Assembly: GCA_048885525.1 (NCBI GenBank)
Contig: JBHLLP010000001.1
Span: forward strand, 54,799 to 118,798
Length of the DNA: 64,000 bases
Reading direction: 5' to 3'
From: Candidatus Hermodarchaeota archaeon
GTDB lineage: Archaea; Asgardarchaeota; Lokiarchaeia; Sigyniarchaeales; SOKP01
Below, one piece after another: positions 9,368-19,700 of this stretch. The position numbers were made by a program, and so were the translations under genes. Position 1 is the first letter of the stretch; each line of letters starts with the position of its first letter. The notes under the pieces were generated by a model. That model was not told the origin of the DNA. It was given only the letters and a program-made list of their open reading frames with translations, and did not search any database.

Positions 9368-9985
9368 GTGGGACCAAGTTTGAAAAAAATTATCTTAGCT
9401 TCTAAATCAATTGATCGGAGCGAATTATTTAGATTAGCAGAAATTCCATTTGAAAACTTTGTTACCAATGTTGATGAAGAAAAATATAAAAAATCTATTT
9501 CAGATGTGAATGAACTGGTAAAAGAACTTGCTAAAGTTAAAGCCTTATTTGCTAAAAAAAAATTAAATATTAGAAATGAAGATGCTATAATCGTTGCTGC
9601 TGATACTATAATAGAACTTGATGGAAAAATTATCGGGAAAGCTAAAAATGAAAAAGAAGCATTCGATATCCTCAAAAAAATGATGGGTAGAACACATAGG
9701 CTCATAACAGGAATTGCTATTACTGAAAGTAAAAACCCAAAAATAATTGTGGATTCAGATATTACATTAGTTGAATTTCTTCCACTTTCTGATAAAGAAA
9801 TAAGAGAATATATTAAAACTAACGAATGGAAGGGACGTGCTGGAGCTTATTCAATAAAAGATAAGGCAAGTTTGTTTATAAACAAAATAAATGGTTCTTC
9901 ATCTAATGTAATTGGCTTACCTATGCATAAATTATATCTGATAATGAGAAAAGAATTTCAATATAATTTATTTCAAACGGGGTGA
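9368..9985 (+). CDS. maf: Maf-family nucleoside triphosphate pyrophosphatase
   Basis: ILASKSIDRSELF, VDEE, AADTII and GRAGAYSIKD motifs match Maf. GTG start at 9368; a TTG at 9380 is also possible. Confidence 0.85.
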   Translation: MGPSLKKIILASKSIDRSELFRLAEIPFENFVTNVDEEKYKKSISDVNELVKELAKVKALFAKKKLNIRNEDAIIVAADTIIELDGKIIGKAKNEKEAFDILKKMMGRTHRLITGIAITESKNPKIIVDSDITLVEFLPLSDKEIREYIKTNEWKGRAGAYSIKDKASLFINKINGSSSNVIGLPMHKLYLIMRKEFQYNLFQTG

Positions 9986-9996
9986 TTTAAATTTTA

Positions 9997-10569
9997 ATGT
10001 CTGAGAAAATTAATATTTGTGTAGGCTCTTTAAATCCTACAAAAATTGAAGCTGTAAAGTCAGCTTTTTGTAGATATTATAAGAATTTTGAAGTTCAAAA
10101 TATTAAGGTACATTCAAAAGTATCAAATCAACCAATCGGATTTATAAATATTATCGATGGGGCAATTAATAGAGCTAAACAATCACTAAATTATATAATT
10201 GAAAGAAAAAAGATCTTCAATAATATTTTCGGTATTGGAATTGAAGCAGGGCTAGCCACAGTACCTTATACTAAATCAGGATTCATGGATTTTCAATTTT
10301 GTGCAATAATTGATGAACAGAAACACTTATCACTCGGTTCTGGTATTGCTTTTGAATATCCCAAGTTTATAGTAGAACAAGTTTTGCAAGATCCAGATAA
10401 AGAAATTGGTGAAATTGTAGGAAAACTTGCAAATAATGAAAATTTAAAAAATGAAAAAGGTGCAATAAGTTTTCTAAGTAAAAATTCAATTACAAGAACA
10501 GAAATCCTTACTCAAGCAGTAATTTGTGCGTTATTACCTTTCATTAATGAAGAATTATATAATGTTTAA
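9997..10569 (+). CDS. Inosine/xanthosine triphosphatase (YjjX/DUF84-type non-canonical NTPase)
   Basis: N-terminus ICVGSLNPTKIEAVKSAF and a size of about 190 aa are typical of YjjX-family NTPases. Lies 11 nt downstream of maf. Confidence 0.75.
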   Translation: MSEKINICVGSLNPTKIEAVKSAFCRYYKNFEVQNIKVHSKVSNQPIGFINIIDGAINRAKQSLNYIIERKKIFNNIFGIGIEAGLATVPYTKSGFMDFQFCAIIDEQKHLSLGSGIAFEYPKFIVEQVLQDPDKEIGEIVGKLANNENLKNEKGAISFLSKNSITRTEILTQAVICALLPFINEELYNV

Positions 10570-10607
10570 ATAACGAAAATGGAGAAATAGTTCTTGATTA
10601 TTTTCCC

Positions 10608-10778
10608 GAAAATTCTTTCCAAACTTTTAAATCTTCATAAAATTTCAGTATCTTTTCAAATTTGGAAATTTTATTCTCATAATAAGTACGATCAGCATAC
10701 TTTCTTTTAGATAACTCTTTTGCGGCTAAAATTCCACTTTTATAACGATTTATTTTTTCATCAATCACATTTTTTTTT
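10608..10778 (-). CDS. Possible small ORF (56 aa, GTG start)
   Basis: Own translation: (V)IDEKINRYKSGILAAKELSKRKYADRTYYENKISKFEKILKFYEDLKVWKEFSGK. No motif and no clear SD, so support is weak. Confidence 0.2.
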
Positions 10779-10850
10779 CATTTTTATTATTACTTAAAAC
10801 AAAAAAATATCGTGATAATATTGTATTAAAAAAATTGAAATCGAAGGATG

Positions 10851-11840
10851 TTAATTTAAAGTCATTATTTTTTCTAATTCATCTTCTTTGATGTTTAAAA
10901 TTCCTACTTCTGTTAATCTTTCAGTAAGTAAACGCCAATTTTTATCTTTTTTAAAAATTTGGTTAAATAAAACTAAAGCATCATTCAATCTGTTATTATT
11001 AGCTAAAGATATTGCTGTCCAATACTTCATTTCAAGATTTTCTGGAAACATTTCCATAGCAGCATTATATTCTTTAAGAGCTTCACCCATATCTCTATGT
11101 TCAATCGCAAGATCCCCATTATTCATATGTTCATATGCACGCCATACTTTCAATAATCTGCTTATTTCCTTTAAGGGTTCTATATGATCCTCTACTCTGA
11201 GATCAATCATGGGATCTTCCCATTTATTTTCTGGAGCCTCTCCACTAACTATTAATAAAGCAGCAGATTGCTTTCCTCGTATATCACCTCCAACTGATTC
11301 TGCTGCTTCTAAGCATTTAATTATTCGTTCTGGTAAAGGTAACCTATTATGCTTTTCATAAGCTTTCTTCATCGTAGGCCAGACTTTATCACAAAACATC
11401 ATATTTGCTTGAACAGAAAAATTATCACCCACTGCATGCCCTGCATACTTTATGCATTTTGAACCTGTATGCGTGGCAACTCTTCCTTGAGTATCTAGAA
11501 TGGCTACTTGCCTTAGATCTCTCCCGTCATCATCTGAAAGCAATATTTCAATAGCTTTTTGAGGAGATTTACCTTGTTTTAAAAGTTCAAGGCCTCTTAA
11601 TCCAAAAGAGACATTAACAAGTGATTGTGTAGCAACTACACCAGTACCAGCTTCACCCCACGAGACAATAGTCCCCACTGAAAACCAGTGACTTTGTACT
11701 CCGACTCCCATTTCACCAGTTTTGGGATCTCTAGCGACAATAGAATATGTATGAGCAAAAATCTTACTATTAGATTGATCATTTTTGTGAATCATATTTA
11801 TTAGACTAGCTTGAATATTAAATAAAGCTTTATTATTCAT
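10851..11840 (-). CDS. DUF1028-family Ntn-hydrolase-like protein with C-terminal helical repeat region
   Basis: HTYSIVARDPKTGEMGVGVQSHWFSVG matches the conserved (M)TFSIVARD...GVAV.S start of DUF1028 proteins. The C-terminal approx 100 aa look TPR-like. Confidence 0.75.
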   Translation of the reverse strand: MNNKALFNIQASLINMIHKNDQSNSKIFAHTYSIVARDPKTGEMGVGVQSHWFSVGTIVSWGEAGTGVVATQSLVNVSFGLRGLELLKQGKSPQKAIEILLSDDDGRDLRQVAILDTQGRVATHTGSKCIKYAGHAVGDNFSVQANMMFCDKVWPTMKKAYEKHNRLPLPERIIKCLEAAESVGGDIRGKQSAALLIVSGEAPENKWEDPMIDLRVEDHIEPLKEISRLLKVWRAYEHMNNGDLAIEHRDMGEALKEYNAAMEMFPENLEMKYWTAISLANNNRLNDALVLFNQIFKKDKNWRLLTERLTEVGILNIKEDELEKIMTLN

Positions 11841-11936
11841 ATTCTAAATCTTTTAATATTATGGAATAAAAAAAATTAAATTCTTTTATTATTTGGAATC
11901 TTTAATACAATTATTCAAAAAAAAAGATGATCTTAA

Positions 11937-12272
11937 ATGACAAAGAAGTATAAAAATGAAGGGCTAATGAAAGTTTTAGTAATTCTCGGTGCGTTAGTAG
12001 GATTAGTAACATTGATTTTAAGATTAGCAGGATTGGAAAGTTATGGATTAGTTGCTCCCTTAGTAGCTCTCGACATTATTATTGTTTTCATCATTGGTTT
12101 AGGTATTGTCATTATCACATTCTGGGTAGGATTTAAACCAAATGACCCAATTCCATTTCATTGGTTAATGTTAATAATACTTGCTATTCTTTTAGTAGTA
12201 TTTGGTGCTGGAATATGGAGTTGTGTATTGGTAATAATTGCAGCACTTATAGGTATAATAGAAGAGCTATAA
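11937..12272 (+). CDS. Small integral membrane protein
   Basis: 111 aa with three or four hydrophobic helices. No motif recognised. Confidence 0.5.
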   Translation: MTKKYKNEGLMKVLVILGALVGLVTLILRLAGLESYGLVAPLVALDIIIVFIIGLGIVIITFWVGFKPNDPIPFHWLMLIILAILLVVFGAGIWSCVLVIIAALIGIIEEL

Positions 12273-12327
12273 AATTATAAACTAAATTAATTTTTTATTT
12301 TTTTTTCTTGTTTTTGAAAAGAGTTTT

Positions 12328-13206
12328 TTAAGAACTTGCATTTTCTAGAAAATATTTAATAATTTTTTCAGCAATATTTATATCTGTAACTTTTTGTAAT
12401 GCTGTAAATCCCGGAATGGAATTGACCTCCAAAACAGTAAGCCCTTTTTCGCATTCTATTATATCAACTCCTGCAATTTCAGTTTTAGTTATATTTGCTG
12501 CCTTAATCGCAAGATTTTTCATATCACCAGTTAATTCTATAGGTTCAGCTCTCGCACCAGAATAGATATTTGTTTTCCAGCTATCGCCTACTCTATACAT
12601 CCCGGTGACAACCTCATTTCCCAATACTAAAATTCTAATATCTCGATTCCCATGTTCAACAAATTCTTGTAAATAAAAAACTTGATTCAACTGACCCAGA
12701 GAATAAATAATATTTTCAGCAAAAGCCCTATCATTCAATCTTGTTATTCCTATACCTTTAGAACCATACAGGGGCTTCAAGACACAATCTCCTCCTAATT
12801 CATCAAAAGCTTCTAAAGCTTTATGAGGATCTTCACAAATTACGGTCTTTGGAGTTGGAATATTATGATTTTCTAAAAAAACGGAAGTTAAAAATTTATC
12901 ACTTGCTATTTCTAAAGATTCTCTTGAATTAATCAATCTGACATCATATTCTTCTATAGCTCTTAGAATATCAAGCCTAAAAAAAATCTTTTGAGTAGCT
13001 GCGGCTCCAAAACCTCTTACAAGAGCAGCCTTAGGTTCGAGAGATTCAAATTGTTTGTAAAAATCCCGTTGAAAGCCTATTCCTACTTTAATCATTGAAG
13101 GGATAAAATAATGAGTATCATAACCACATTTTTTCAATTCATTAGTTAATATTTGAACTTCGGGGTCTTTAGAATTAGGAGTTATAATCATTGATTTCAT
13201 TTTCAT
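12328..13206 (-). CDS. RimK-family ATP-grasp ligase (alpha-L-glutamate ligase-like)
   Basis: ATP-grasp blocks CVLKPLYGSKGIGI, YLQEFV, RILVLG and AGVDIIE...LTVLEVNSIPGF. Size is 292 aa. Confidence 0.8.
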   Translation of the reverse strand: MKMKSMIITPNSKDPEVQILTNELKKCGYDTHYFIPSMIKVGIGFQRDFYKQFESLEPKAALVRGFGAAATQKIFFRLDILRAIEEYDVRLINSRESLEIASDKFLTSVFLENHNIPTPKTVICEDPHKALEAFDELGGDCVLKPLYGSKGIGITRLNDRAFAENIIYSLGQLNQVFYLQEFVEHGNRDIRILVLGNEVVTGMYRVGDSWKTNIYSGARAEPIELTGDMKNLAIKAANITKTEIAGVDIIECEKGLTVLEVNSIPGFTALQKVTDINIAEKIIKYFLENASS

Positions 13207-13281
13207 TTCACGAAAAAATAAATTACTTAATTAATCTATAGCACTAATTTTTAAATAAATTTAAGTTCATATAAAATATAT

Positions 13282-13902
13282 ATGAATTCAATGGATCCTA
13301 AAGACACTGAAAATGAAATTGAAAATCTCTCACATATATTAAGTAAGATTCAAACTCTATATTATAAAAAAAAAGAGCAACTCGAAGAATTACAATTAGA
13401 AATAAGTGAATTGAGAGAAGTTTTAAATTTCTTAAATTCATTGATATCTGGTAAATCATTTTACAGCGCAGACGAGTTTTACTCAAAATCACTTATCAAA
13501 AAAGGCGATGAATCAATTGAAGAACGATATTTTGTAGAGGAAGTTTCAAAAGAAAAGGTTGAAGGAACAAATATCAAAAGAAAGATATTTTCCAAAGGAA
13601 AGAATAAAGAGGATGAGTTGCTATGCATCTTAAATTTCTATGACTTTAATAGGGTTGAGATAAAAATTATCGATCCAGAAAAGCGTTTAATAAAGGAATC
13701 TTCTGAAGATTTTATCCGAATATTTATTAGAGGAGCTCTTATAAAAATCAAAGAAGAGAATCCAAATATGAGTTTAAAGTATGACTATTTTAAGAGTTCA
13801 GAGCTAATAGAATATATTATTATTACTAAATTAAAATCAATAAAGGAATATGATATAATAACTTCAAAAATGAGAGAGCTTTTAGCTAAAGAAGTCAAAT
13901 AG
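13282..13902 (+). CDS. Hypothetical protein with N-terminal coiled coil
   Basis: 206-aa ATG ORF. N-terminal heptad-rich segment KKKEQLEELQLEISELREVLNFLNSL. No known domain recognised. Confidence 0.5.
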   Translation: MNSMDPKDTENEIENLSHILSKIQTLYYKKKEQLEELQLEISELREVLNFLNSLISGKSFYSADEFYSKSLIKKGDESIEERYFVEEVSKEKVEGTNIKRKIFSKGKNKEDELLCILNFYDFNRVEIKIIDPEKRLIKESSEDFIRIFIRGALIKIKEENPNMSLKYDYFKSSELIEYIIITKLKSIKEYDIITSKMRELLAKEVK

Positions 13903-14086
13903 GATAACGAATTGTTATTTTAGCAATTATAACGTTAAATTACTGAGAAGAACTTATTTAAGATAAATGATTTCATTTGCAAAATATTATATTGAGATAA
14001 TATATTGTTTAATTAAAATGGGAAAAATTAATTATACAGCAATTCTTATTTATTTTAACTTAATTACCACATAGTGTCTAATAATA

Positions 14087-14899
14087 ATGGCAAAGAAAAA
14101 ATCTTGGTTACAAATGCCAAAAGTCCACTCGAAATTTCATGATGAAAAACTTGAAAGTGTTTTAATTGAAAAGTCTTTAGATTTTTTAACTGGTGAAAAA
14201 AGTGAAGCGCCCTCTTTTTTATTTCTTTCAGGAGCTTTTTTTGATGTAAAATCATTCGCTTATTCCGGATTAAGAGCTTGGAAAGGTGCTGTAAAACCAT
14301 CTGAAGATAATGGTGGGAGAAGACCTGTGTTGGAAGCTACTTTTGCATCATTATCTGTATATTTAAGTTCATTATTAGCGCTCCAAGCAGATTTTTATTT
14401 TGCATATGATGAAATTAAAGAGATCTTGTTAGAAAAAAAAAGAGAAGATCTCTGGACAATTGTCTCAGAGAAGTTGCCATTTATCTCTATCCCTCCAAAA
14501 GAAATGTATGGAACACAAGTATCTCCAATTTCTCCTTATTTTATAATTAAACAAGATGAAGAACTTACATTGGGAGAAATTTATCCTTCAGCATATTTAT
14601 CTCAAATTATAAGGAATATTAAAACAAGGTTTTTTGTTTTTTTCCAATACCAAGGATATTCTGCTTTTGGGTTTTTCAACACACTACCTGATCTTTCTAA
14701 ATTTGGATTTGAGGAACACGCTAAAGATTTTGATGGGGATCCTACAGCAGAGAATCTAATCAAATATTCAAAAAATGCAAAAAATGTTAAAGAAATATTA
14801 ATAGCACTTATTCACGCTCACAATAACGCTTTACTTGAACAATTTTTGATACCTGATTATGAATTATTATTAAATAAACTACTGGAGGGAGAAGCTTAG
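14087..14899 (+). CDS. Hypothetical protein, translationally coupled partner of the downstream small GTPase
   Basis: 270-aa ATG ORF. Its TAG stop (14897-14899) directly abuts the TTG start of the GTPase. No domain recognised. Confidence 0.55.
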   Translation: MAKKKSWLQMPKVHSKFHDEKLESVLIEKSLDFLTGEKSEAPSFLFLSGAFFDVKSFAYSGLRAWKGAVKPSEDNGGRRPVLEATFASLSVYLSSLLALQADFYFAYDEIKEILLEKKREDLWTIVSEKLPFISIPPKEMYGTQVSPISPYFIIKQDEELTLGEIYPSAYLSQIIRNIKTRFFVFFQYQGYSAFGFFNTLPDLSKFGFEEHAKDFDGDPTAENLIKYSKNAKNVKEILIALIHAHNNALLEQFLIPDYELLLNKLLEGEA

Positions 14900-15535
14900 T
14901 TGGTTAATATCGGTTTATTAGGAGATGTGTCTGTAGGAAAAACAAGTATTCTTCGTTTATTTGTTCGATATTTAAAGAAAGGAGATATAGAAAAGGTCAA
15001 AGGTGGAATAAAATGTTCTGTAGTTAAAGCTGATTTTTCTGGAGAAGCTACAGTTCCTGGAGGAGAGAAAGAAGATGCCTTAAATGAAAAGGAAACTAAA
15101 ACTATTCACCCTAATAGAATCGTATTTAGAGAAGATGAATCAAATAAAGCTCATACAATCTTTGCCCCTGGTGGAGATCGAGCTAGAGCCGTAGTTAAAA
15201 TGGGTATCATAACAATTTCTAGAATTGCAACCCAAATTATAGCAGTCTTTTCTCTTGATCGAGATCTACCAAATCAATTTGAATTTTTCAATGATGTTAG
15301 ATTTTTTCCCGATAAAATTTATGTTTGCATAAATAAAATCGATTTAGTTGAAGGAGATAAAGAGAAAAAACTAAATGAGGTAAAAAAGCAGATAAAAGAT
15401 TTTTTCGAAGCCCGAAAAATAGCCATTAATGAAACTTTTATAACATGTGGCGAAACCATTGAAGGATTTGAAGATGTTGAAACATACAATAATCAAGTCG
15501 CAGAAATGATTTTAGAAATTACTACAAAACATTAA
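14900..15535 (+). CDS. Divergent Ras-superfamily small GTPase (MglA-like G3 region)
   Basis: G1 GDVSVGKTS at residues 8-16, G3-region FAPGGDR (no DxxGQ), G4 NKID. The P-loop sits so close to the N-terminus that the TTG at 14900 is the only plausible start. Confidence 0.75.
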   Translation: MVNIGLLGDVSVGKTSILRLFVRYLKKGDIEKVKGGIKCSVVKADFSGEATVPGGEKEDALNEKETKTIHPNRIVFREDESNKAHTIFAPGGDRARAVVKMGIITISRIATQIIAVFSLDRDLPNQFEFFNDVRFFPDKIYVCINKIDLVEGDKEKKLNEVKKQIKDFFEARKIAINETFITCGETIEGFEDVETYNNQVAEMILEITTKH

Positions 15536-15548
15536 TCATTTTACTTCT

Positions 15549-16064
15549 TTAATCTCTCAATTTAAAAGCAATTTTTAAAAATAATTTCTCTAAATTGAGT
15601 AAATACCCTATTAATGGAGTTAGACTAACTATATTCAAGTTTTTTTCAAAAATTACAAATCCCATTTTTTCTAATTCTTTAACATCTTCCAGAACTCCTT
15701 TTTTCTTACGAATTTCTTTTATTTTTTGAAAATTAGTTACACCTTGGCTACTAAAAGAACTTATCAATATAGAAAATAATGTAGCTGCTAATCTAGGTTT
15801 TCCATCAAATGGATTAGCTGAGATAAGTTCAGTAGTTTCTGACTCAAATGATATATACCAGTAAGAATTCAGAGGATTAAATCTAACTTGAAGACCTAAA
15901 GGTTCAAGATAATTAGATAAGTTTTTAATTAAGTTTTGGAAATAAATGTTTTTATTTTTATCTTTAACATTTAAAGCATTAAGAATTTCATTTCTTGTTG
16001 CCCCTATTTGTGAGATATTGTCTTTCTTACTTAAATAATGCATTAATATACTCAATTCATTCAC
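15549..16064 (-). CDS. ScpB/KITE-like tandem winged-helix protein
   Basis: 171 aa with two wHTH-like halves (ILMHYLSKKD...GLQVRFNPLNSYWYISF and LAATLFSILISS...EIRKKKGVLEDVKELEKMGFV). Its start overlaps the kleisin stop by 8 nt. Confidence 0.6.
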   Translation of the reverse strand: MNELSILMHYLSKKDNISQIGATRNEILNALNVKDKNKNIYFQNLIKNLSNYLEPLGLQVRFNPLNSYWYISFESETTELISANPFDGKPRLAATLFSILISSFSSQGVTNFQKIKEIRKKKGVLEDVKELEKMGFVIFEKNLNIVSLTPLIGYLLNLEKLFLKIAFKLRD

Positions 16065-16728
16065 TTTTTATTCTATCCTCCTGTAAATATAAAAAATTCG
16101 TTTCTTTTTGATAATTTAATCTACCTAACTGGAGTAAGTGTAAGAGATATACAAAATATTCAAAAATTTTAATTTGATCTTCCTCACCATCAAAAATTTC
16201 ATCATAGGAACATGGTAATTTGTGTTTGATAGACTCAAAAAATGCGTCCATTTTCTCAGTGAACTTTTTGTCAAATATTTCCAATAAGAAGTTGGTTTTT
16301 ATATCAATTTTATCAATAGGTTCAATTGAAAAGAGGTCTTGTTTATCAGCAATTAGTCGCTCTATAGAATATTCAAGAAATTCCAATGAGAGTGTTTTGA
16401 TGGTGAAAGGTTTCATCCAACAATCTTCTAGCAATTCACTTATTTCGAAATCTTTAGGGTTTGTCTTTATGAAGTTTATAAATTTATCTTTGTTATCTAA
16501 ATAGCTTAAGTATATTTTTAATTCTTCAAATTTTTGACTAAGTAGTTTAAATGCACTTGTATACGTGATTGAATATTTATCAATGTTATAGATATTAAGA
16601 GAATCTTTTAAATTCTCAAAAATTGGGAATAATTCAACATCCAAAAGTGATAATTCTCCCGAAAGAACTTTTTTTTTAATATCTTCGATTTTTTTGTTTA
16701 TTTCTTTAGATAAATCTTGATGATCCAT
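16057..16728 (-). CDS. ScpA-like kleisin
   Basis: The C-terminal segment IKIFEYFVYLLHLLQLGRLNYQKETNFLYL resembles the kleisin C-terminal winged helix (FLALLEL..G.i...Q). Lies 9 nt downstream of the SMC gene. Confidence 0.6.
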   Translation of the reverse strand: MDHQDLSKEINKKIEDIKKKVLSGELSLLDVELFPIFENLKDSLNIYNIDKYSITYTSAFKLLSQKFEELKIYLSYLDNKDKFINFIKTNPKDFEISELLEDCWMKPFTIKTLSLEFLEYSIERLIADKQDLFSIEPIDKIDIKTNFLLEIFDKKFTEKMDAFFESIKHKLPCSYDEIFDGEEDQIKIFEYFVYLLHLLQLGRLNYQKETNFLYLQEDRIKSE

Positions 16729-16737
16729 TTTTAACCA

Positions 16738-19700
16738 TTACTTATTTTTTTTAACGATTTTTGGTTTAAATACCGAAGATATTTCTTTTTTACCTACTCT
16801 AGCAATCCCTATTAGCTTTTCGGCAAGTAAGAATAATGCATTTGAAGATTTTGGTAAAAACATAAACAATTGTATTGGGTTTTGTTCTAAAGTTGCTTTT
16901 ATTAGTTGATATGCTACTTCGGAGTTTTTTTCATCTAAAAACATGCCAGGTTCATCAAGTAAACACAAAGGAGAAGGTTTTATTTCTTGAAGAGATAAAA
17001 TTAAACAAATCGATATTAAGGAAACTTGGCCACCACTAAGGGCAGTAAATGATTTAAGTTGTTCCTTTGAAGTAGCTGCTTTAATATTAACGCCTAAATC
17101 TTCAAAATTTCCTGTTAACTCCAAAGAACAATAAGATTTTATTTGAGAATCGAGAAATTTTTGATTAACTCTCTTTTGTAAATTTTCAAGTAAACCACTG
17201 AATTTTTCATAGTATGTTTTCTCTATCTTTTTTTCTGCTTTAATTGCTGCTTTTACATCCTCTTCTAGATCTTCTTGATTTTTTGAGATTTCCTTAAGCG
17301 ATGATAATATCTGTTCTTTTTCAATCAAAATTGAATCGTCAATATCTAAATATTTAAGTAATCCCTTATCGATTCCAGTGATTTCTTTTTCAATATCTTC
17401 TATAGGACGAATTTTGATTAAATTTTTTAAAATTAAGGGACCTATTTCAGAATTAATTCGCAATAAATCGATTTTTTTTGAATTTAAATCTTGGATATAC
17501 GAATTCAATTTGATATTTTCTTGTTCAAAAGTTAATGTTATTTGAATAGATTTCCTTTCGATTTCACTTTTTTTAGTTTGAATTTGTGAAATTTCAACTT
17601 TTAGATTCGAAATCTTTTTTTCTATTGTTTCAAGTTCTTCTTCAATATTTTCTAATTGACGATATGTATTAAATGCTGTAGTATCTGCTTTTTGAAATGC
17701 TTCTTTCTTTGTCTCATAATCCTTTTGGATTAAATTCTTTTCCCTTTTTTGTTTAGCTAATCTATCTTTCACTTCTTTTAAGATGTTTGAATTTTCATTA
17801 GATTTCAAATCCCATTTTTTTTTATCCTCGTTAAGTAGTGCTAATTTTTTAGGAATCTCTTTTATCCTATCATTCCATTGAAAAAAATCTGGATCAGATT
17901 GAGATTTTAAATCTTTAATCTGATTTTCATATTTTTTATTTTCATCTTTAAGAAAATGATTAGATTTTTCTAAATTATGCATTTGATCATATAATTGGTT
18001 TTTCTTTGAAGTTATTCTTTGTTTTTGGTTAAAATTGTATAAAAGATCATTAAAAGATTCCTTTTTTTTAAATATTTCTTGTTGTTCAGTATTTGTTTTA
18101 GATTGTTCAACTTTTAATTCCGAAATTTTATCATTTAAATGCTTAACTTCAGTTTCTAGAATTTCGGATTGTTCTCCTTGTGTACCAGCACTTAATAATC
18201 CTTTCAATCTCTTTAAGTAAGGGGTTTCGTAAACATATTTATAAGATATTATTTGTTCACCTTTTAATGTAACACACTTTCCTTTGAAATTAAGAGTTTT
18301 ATAAATTTCTCTTCCTGAATGATAATCTTTTACAACAAGGCAATTTTTTATCGTCGAATAAATGACTTTTTTAATATCAATATCATTATCGATAATTTTA
18401 ATTAATTCTGCTAAATACCCTAAAACTCCATTGGCTGTTATAGTTATCATAGGTGTTATATCTACATTTTTGGGTAGATAGATATTGCAATATGCGTTGA
18501 ATTTTTCTTTTAGTCTCTTTAACAAATTAAGAGTATCCCAGTCTTCAGCAACAAAACTGTAGAGCAATTTTTCACCAAGAACAGATTCAATTGCATAACT
18601 CAACTCATCTTCATATTTTAAATAGTCTATAATCGGACCTTTAACTTTTAAACCTCTTTTTTTTATCTCATCTTTTAAAACTGATATATTTGATGGAAGA
18701 ATTACTCTCCGTTCTCTAAGTGATGCTTGTAAAATTTTTAACTTTTTCAATTTTTTAGATTTTTCTATCATTAGTTGATTTATTTCAGAAGAAAGTTGAT
18801 AGATTCTTATTGAAATCCTTTTCAGTTCCTTATCAAGCTGATTTAATAGATCTTTTGAAGGATTTTCTAGGAACCATTTGTTTTTTTCTAATTTATGCTC
18901 AATATCCTTAAAACTTTGAAAAAGTTGATTAATTTCATTATTAATAGATAGTATAGTTTTCTTATTCTCTTGAATTCTTAATATATTTTCATTTTTTTCT
19001 GAATTTAGTTGATTATATTTATCTAAAAGCTCTTTATTCTGAGTTATTTTTTTTAATAACTGGTTTTGTTCTATTATTAGTTTATCAATCTGTAAACTAG
19101 TATTATTACTCTCAACTTGTAATCTTTTATTTTCATTGCCTAAGCTTTCTTTTTGTTTCTTAAAATTATTGATAATCTTCTTAAACTCATTAATCTTTTC
19201 TGATAACTCATCTAACTCTTGTTTAACTAAAATTTTATCTTTCTGCCAATTTTGAATTTTTGTAATTAATTCTTGTTTTATATAATTTAGTTCTCCAACT
19301 TTCTCAGATAGGTGATTCATGTTTTTATGATGTTTTGAAATTTTATTAGATAAAAGTTCTATTTCTCTATCTGAAAATTCTTTTTTTCTTTTAATACCCT
19401 CTATGACTAATTCAACATTTTTTATTATATCTTCAATTTGGATAATTTCTTTTTCTAATTTGTCCTTGCTTGCCCACAATAGTTCATCGTTGAGTTTTTC
19501 CTTTATTTTCAATAATTCATTTTTTTGTTTTAAACGTTCTAATTTAGGATTTAATAATTCTAAACTAATATTTAATGTATTCCTTCTGCTTTTTAGAGAT
19601 TGAAGGTCTTTATTTAAATTTAAAATATCATTCTTTTGATGTAATATTTCTTCTCTCAAATCCTTTAATCCAATTCCCTCCTCTAGAAAAGAACATAATT

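Noticed and set aside
13903-14086. Near-palindrome ATAACGAATTGTTAT just after the 206-aa ORF, considered as a terminator hairpin or operator
   Set aside because: The symmetry is imperfect (G/T mismatch at the sixth pair) and the stem is short, so it is not distinguishable from background.
14900-15535. Possible link between the small GTPase, the prenyltransferase-repeat protein (26489-27523) and the ICMT-like methyltransferase (39502-40272) as a CaaX-type prenylation pathway
   Set aside because: The GTPase ends ...EITTKH with no Cys near the C-terminus. The three genes are 11-24 kb apart in different operons. No Rce1/Ste24-type protease was seen. Kept only as a remark under another finding.
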